Assembly (NCBI GenBank): GCA_963760655.1 | Contig: CAVXDR010000002.1 | Coordinates: forward strand, 113,944 to 177,943 | Source of the DNA: an uncultured Actinomycetes bacterium | Lineage (GTDB): Bacteria; Actinomycetota; Thermoleophilia; UBA2241 | Direction: 5' to 3' | Length of the DNA stretch: 64,000 nucleotides | Shown here: piece by piece, positions 59,878-64,000 of the stretch | Layout of the letters: the number at the start of each line of letters is the position of its first letter | Numbering within the stretch: position 1 is the first letter of the stretch | Program-made: the position numbers and the translations under genes | The notes under the pieces: model-generated | The model's database searches: none | What the model was told of the DNA's origin: nothing | Seen by the model: the letters and a program-made list of their open reading frames with translations, nothing else

Positions 59878-60425
59878 TCGACCCCATTGGCGACACCCTC
59901 GTAGGGCGCGACGAGCTGCGCGCCAAGATCGCGGAGCTCGGCGAGCAGATCTCGGCCGACTACGCGGGCAAGGACCTCGTGCTCGTGGGCGTGCTCAAGG
60001 GCGCCGTGTTCTTTCTGGCCGATCTGGCCCGCGAGCTCACCATCCCCTGCTCGATCGACTTCATGGCGGTCACGAGCTACGGCTCGGCCACCGACTCGTC
60101 CGGGGTCGTGCGCATCCTCAAAGACCTGGACCACCCGATCGAGGGGCGCGACATCCTCATCGTCGAGGACATCATCGACTCGGGCCTCACGCTCAGCTAC
60201 CTGCTCAAGAACCTGCGCTCGCGCAAGCCGGCCTCGCTCGAGGTCTGCGCCCTGCTGACCAAGCCCGAACGGCGCCGTATCAACCTCGACTGCCGCTACA
60301 TCGGCTTCGAGATCCCCAACGTCTTCGTCATCGGGTACGGGCTCGACTGGGCCGAACGCTACCGCACGCTCGACCACGTGGCCGGCGTTCGGGCCGAGGC
60401 GGTCGCCGAAGCCGACGGGGCCTGA
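59874..60425 (+). CDS. hpt: hypoxanthine phosphoribosyltransferase
   Basis: The GTG overlaps the tilS stop (GTGA). PRPP motif 'ILIVEDIIDSGLTL'. A TATACT -10 candidate lies at 59837-59842 inside tilS. Confidence 0.95.
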   Translation: MIDPIGDTLVGRDELRAKIAELGEQISADYAGKDLVLVGVLKGAVFFLADLARELTIPCSIDFMAVTSYGSATDSSGVVRILKDLDHPIEGRDILIVEDIIDSGLTLSYLLKNLRSRKPASLEVCALLTKPERRRINLDCRYIGFEIPNVFVIGYGLDWAERYRTLDHVAGVRAEAVAEADGA

Positions 60426-60523
60426 GCCGGCGTTCTTTGCCCTCGGCTGAGGGGTATGGTAGGCTCAAGCGTCCATCTGGCGCCCGATCCTGAACCGTCG
60501 GTCGCCCCACCGAGAGAGTCGAC

Positions 60524-62905
60524 GTGAGCAGATTCATCCGCAGCGCGTTCTTTCCGATCCTGGTCGTGATCGTCCTCGCGCTCGTGCTCAACATGTTTCT
60601 CAGCCACCGCAACTCGAGCGGCGGCACGCCCAAGCACATCTACCAGGGCACGACGACCGTGTCGAACGTGGCCGGCGTCAAGGTAAGCCAGGGGTCGCTC
60701 GGGCAGCTCACGACCGACCTCGCGGCCGGCAACGTGCGCAAGGTCGTGATCGACGATCAGACCGACGCCGCGCTCGTCACAACGGGCATGTCGGCGACGA
60801 AGAGCGTCTCTTCCTCTTCCGGCGGCACCGGCGCGAGCGGCACGTCGGGCACCTCGACCACGGGCGTGGCGAGCCCGGCGCCGAGCGCGAGCGCCACGGC
60901 GAAGGCCGGCACGAGCGGCGCGGCGTCGACCACGGGCGCGGCGACCACCGGATCGAGCGCGATCACGGCGGCCGGCACCACCTACGGCATCCTGTTCGCC
61001 GACCCCACCGCGTTCCAGCAGCTCCTGGCCAGGTACAAGGTGACACCGGCCGTCGGCACCGTCGCCACCCAGAGCGATCCGCCGAGCTTCGTCAACGACC
61101 TGCAGAACGGCCGCGTGCGGTCGGTCGCCATGAACACCAAAAGCCAGACTCTGCAGGTCACGCTGAGCGGCAAGAGCAAGTACACGGTCGGCTACTCCGA
61201 CACCACGACCACGACGTCGCTCATCGAACAGTACAACGTGCAGCTCACCTCAAAGAGCCCGGGCAGCCCGCTCTGGAGCAGCCTGCTGACATTCGTCGTG
61301 CCGGTCGTCCTCATCCTCGCGTTCTGGTTCTTCATCATGAACCAGATGCAGGGCGGCGGCTCCAAGGTGATGAGCTTCGGCAAGAGCCGCGCTCGGCGTG
61401 TGAGCGTCGACTCGCCCAAGGTCACCTTCCGCGACGTGGCCGGCATCGACGAGACCGTCGAGGAGCTCCAGGAGATCAAGGAGTTCTTGGAGAACCCGCG
61501 CAAGTTCCAGCAGCTCGGCGCCCGCATCCCCAAGGGCGTGCTGCTCTACGGCCCGCCCGGCACCGGCAAGACGCTGCTGGCCCGCGCCGTGGCCGGCGAG
61601 GCCGGGGTGCCCTTCTTTTCCATCTCCGGCTCGGACTTCGTCGAGATGTTCGTCGGGGTGGGCGCCTCGCGGGTCAGGGATTTGTTCGATCAGGCCAAGC
61701 AGAACAGCCCCTGCATCATCTTCATGGACGAGATCGACGCGGTGGGCCGTCATCGCGGCACGGGCATGGGCGGCGGCCACGACGAACGCGAGCAGACCTT
61801 AAACCAGCTCCTGGTCGAGATGGACGGCTTTGAGATGAAGGACAACATCATCCTGATCGCCGCCACCAACCGCCCCGACATCCTAGACCCCGCCCTGCTG
61901 CGGCCGGGCCGCTTCGACCGCCAGATCGTGGTCGATCGCCCCGACCGGGCCGGCCGCCAGGCGATCCTTGCGGTCCACACCCGCGGCAAGCCGCTGGCCA
62001 AGGGCGTCGATCTGGACACGCTGGCCGCCCAGACCCCGGGCTTCACCGGCGCCGACCTTGCCAACTTAGTCAACGAGGCCGCCCTGCTGGCCGCCCGCCA
62101 CGGCGCCAAGACGATCGACATGGCCGAGTGCGAAGAGGGCATCATGCGCGTGCTGGCCGGCCCCGAGAAGAAGAGCCGCCTGCTCTCAGATGCCGAGCGC
62201 CGCATCACCGCCTACCACGAGATGGGCCACGCCCTGGTGGCCCACTACCTGCCCCACACCGACCCGGTCCACAAGATCTCGATCGTCTCCCGCGGCGCCG
62301 CCTTGGGCTTTACCATCTCGCTGCCGGCCGAGGACAAGTTCCTGACCACGATGGCCGAGTTAAACGACACCCTGGCGATGACCTTAGGCGGCCGCGCCGC
62401 CGAGGAGATCGTCTTTGCAGAGATCACGACCGGCGCCGCCAACGATCTAGAGAAGGCCACCGACACCGCCAAGCAGATGATCATGCGCTACGGCATGAGC
62501 GAGCTGCTCGGGCCGCGCACCTTGGGCCACAACCAGGCGATGCCCTTCTTGGGGCGCGACTTCTCCCAGGAGCCCGACTACTCAGAGGAGGTGGCGCGCG
62601 CGATCGACGAGGAGATCCGGCGCATCATCGCCGAGGCCCACGAGCGCGCCCGCGGCGTGCTGGTCGAGCACCGCGAGACCCTCGACAGCGTGGCCGCCAT
62701 CCTGATCGAGCGCGAGACGATCGACCGCGGCGAGTTCGAGGCCCTGCTGGCCGGCAGCCCGGCCGAGCAGGTCTTTGCGGCGCGCGACGAAAAGGCGCGC
62801 CGCCGGGCCGAGCAGGAGAACGCCGAGCGGCACGCGCCCACGCCACGGGTGCCTCGCGTGGGCCAGCCCTCGACCGTCAACCCGCTCAACCCCGAGACGA
62901 CCTGA
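60524..62905 (+). CDS. ftsH: ATP-dependent zinc metalloprotease FtsH with enlarged extracytoplasmic domain
   Basis: 793 aa. Walker A 'GPPGTGKT', SRH '[18 protein letters not shown]', and the zinc site 'HEMGHAL'. There are about 230 residues between TM1 and TM2. Confidence 0.97.
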   Translation: MSRFIRSAFFPILVVIVLALVLNMFLSHRNSSGGTPKHIYQGTTTVSNVAGVKVSQGSLGQLTTDLAAGNVRKVVIDDQTDAALVTTGMSATKSVSSSSGGTGASGTSGTSTTGVASPAPSASATAKAGTSGAASTTGAATTGSSAITAAGTTYGILFADPTAFQQLLARYKVTPAVGTVATQSDPPSFVNDLQNGRVRSVAMNTKSQTLQVTLSGKSKYTVGYSDTTTTTSLIEQYNVQLTSKSPGSPLWSSLLTFVVPVVLILAFWFFIMNQMQGGGSKVMSFGKSRARRVSVDSPKVTFRDVAGIDETVEELQEIKEFLENPRKFQQLGARIPKGVLLYGPPGTGKTLLARAVAGEAGVPFFSISGSDFVEMFVGVGASRVRDLFDQAKQNSPCIIFMDEIDAVGRHRGTGMGGGHDEREQTLNQLLVEMDGFEMKDNIILIAATNRPDILDPALLRPGRFDRQIVVDRPDRAGRQAILAVHTRGKPLAKGVDLDTLAAQTPGFTGADLANLVNEAALLAARHGAKTIDMAECEEGIMRVLAGPEKKSRLLSDAERRITAYHEMGHALVAHYLPHTDPVHKISIVSRGAALGFTISLPAEDKFLTTMAELNDTLAMTLGGRAAEEIVFAEITTGAANDLEKATDTAKQMIMRYGMSELLGPRTLGHNQAMPFLGRDFSQEPDYSEEVARAIDEEIRRIIAEAHERARGVLVEHRETLDSVAAILIERETIDRGEFEALLAGSPAEQVFAARDEKARRRAEQENAERHAPTPRVPRVGQPSTVNPLNPETT

Positions 62906-62937
62906 GCCTCGGCTCGCACGCTCACCCGGCCGGCGCA

Positions 62938-63504
62938 GTGGACAGGGACAAGATAGAGCAGGCGACACGCCTCTTTCTCGAGGGCATCGGCGAAGACCCG
63001 ACGCGGCCCGGCCTGCGCGACACGCCGCGGCGCGTCGCCGACATGTGGGACGACATCTTCTTCGGCCTCGAGGCCGATCCCCGCGAGCTGCTCGTGCCGA
63101 TGCGCGACGACCACCACCACGAGATGGTGCTGGTGCGCGACATCGCCTTCTACTCGGTCTGCGAGCACCACCTCCTGCCCTTCGTCGGCACCGCGCACGT
63201 CGCCTATATCCCGAGCACGGGCGGGCACATCGCCGGACTGTCCAAGCTCGCCCGGGTGGTTCGCACGATCGCCGCCCGACCGCAGCTTCAGGAGCGCATC
63301 ACGAGCCAGCTCGCCGACACCATCGTCGAGACCCTGCACCCGCTGGGCGCGCTCGTCCTGATCGAGGCCGAGCACCTCTGCATGTCCATGCGCGGTGTGC
63401 GCAGCCCCGGGGCCAAGACCGTGACCAGCGCGGTGCGCGGCATCGTCGAGTCCAACGAGGCGACGCGGGCCGAGGTGCTCGCGCTCATCAACGCGCGCCG
63501 CTAG
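62938..63504 (+). CDS. folE: GTP cyclohydrolase I
   Basis: GTG at 62938. '[10 protein letters not shown]' and '[12 protein letters not shown]'. Confidence 0.95.
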   Translation: MDRDKIEQATRLFLEGIGEDPTRPGLRDTPRRVADMWDDIFFGLEADPRELLVPMRDDHHHEMVLVRDIAFYSVCEHHLLPFVGTAHVAYIPSTGGHIAGLSKLARVVRTIAARPQLQERITSQLADTIVETLHPLGALVLIEAEHLCMSMRGVRSPGAKTVTSAVRGIVESNEATRAEVLALINARR

Positions 63505-63526
63505 GCGGGCGCCGCCCCCGAGCCCC

Positions 63527-64000
63527 GTGCGCTACCCCCCCACAGAACTGCCGGTGGCGCTGCCCTGTGTGATGGGGATCGTCAACGTGACGCCCGACTC
63601 CTTCTCGGACGGCGGTGAGCATGCCGACACCGCCTCGGCCGTGGCCCACGGCCTGCGCCTGGCCGCCGAGGGCGCCGCGATCCTCGACATCGGCGGCGAG
63701 TCGACCCGGCCGGGCTCCGAGCCGGTCACGGTCGACGAGGAGCTGCGCCGTGTCGTGCCGGTCGTCGAGGGCCTCGCGGCCGCCTCGCCGGCCCTGCTGT
63801 CGGTCGACACGACCAAGGCTGCGGTGGCGCGCGCCGCGCTCGACGCCGGTGCCGTCATCGTCAACGACGTCAGCGCGCTACGCGGCGACCCCGGCATGGC
63901 CGCCCTGGTCGCCGAGCGCGGCTGTCCCGTCTGCCTCATGCACATGCTGGGCGAGCCGCGCACCATGCAGGACGACCCGCGCTACGACGACGTGGTGGCC
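63527..64000 (+). CDS. folP: dihydropteroate synthase (3' end beyond window)
   Basis: The ORF is open to the window edge. 'MGIVNVTPDSFSDGG' and 'DIGGESTRPG'. The start is GTG 63527, or GTG 63554 / ATG 63572. Confidence 0.9.
   Translation, partial: MRYPPTELPVALPCVMGIVNVTPDSFSDGGEHADTASAVAHGLRLAAEGAAILDIGGESTRPGSEPVTVDEELRRVVPVVEGLAAASPALLSVDTTKAAVARAALDAGAVIVNDVSALRGDPGMAALVAERGCPVCLMHMLGEPRTMQDDPRYDDVVA

Noticed and set aside
62906-62937. THF-II or preQ1-type riboswitch upstream of folE
   Set aside because: The intergenic spacer is only 32 nt, so folE most likely continues the ftsH transcript.

Overview
This is a 64-kb chromosomal window from a very GC-rich genome. Composition was judged by eye, not computed. 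Gene content and synteny look actinobacterial: tilS-hpt-ftsH-folE-folP, a DUF2520/Rv3603c-like gene next to panC, tsaE-tsaB-rimI-tsaD, groES-groEL behind a CIRCE operator, a glmS ribozyme, many GTGA/ATGA stop-start overlaps, and -10-only leaderless-type promoters. I call about 62 protein genes, one initiator tRNA-Met and one ribozyme. I saw no rRNA, CRISPR array, transposase, integrase or phage genes. Most long alternate-frame or antisense ORFs in the six-frame track are high-GC shadow ORFs. The region is largely housekeeping, and I found no convincing new defence or mobile system. Leads worth a second look: (1) a variant System I cytochrome c maturation cluster, ccmEFABCD, whose CcmE has Cys (CPSKY) in place of the heme-binding His. 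It has no ccmG/ccmH and runs straight into hemA-hemC-hemD. (2) A non-canonical ornithine-carbamoyltransferase-family enzyme whose SMG loop is replaced by 'VGWWWM'. It is paired with an APC permease behind an AT-rich promoter embedded in a 19-bp-arm inverted repeat. (3) A DUF2520-panC-yjbQ-HPS/RraA-fusion operon behind a strong promoter and a structured leader of about 150 nt. (4) An orphan AcsE-like methyl-THF:corrinoid methyltransferase. (5) An Opp/Dpp-type ABC importer with no binding-protein gene and a four-TM N-terminal extension on one permease. (6) Two patches (the ABC operon and the AAA+/protease core of ftsH) with atypical synonymous codon use. Between them they hold all eight in-frame TTA codons I noticed in the window, which suggests a mosaic origin or assembly chimerism. 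All start coordinates were placed by eye from RBS or overlap logic. No homology search or RNA folding could be run.
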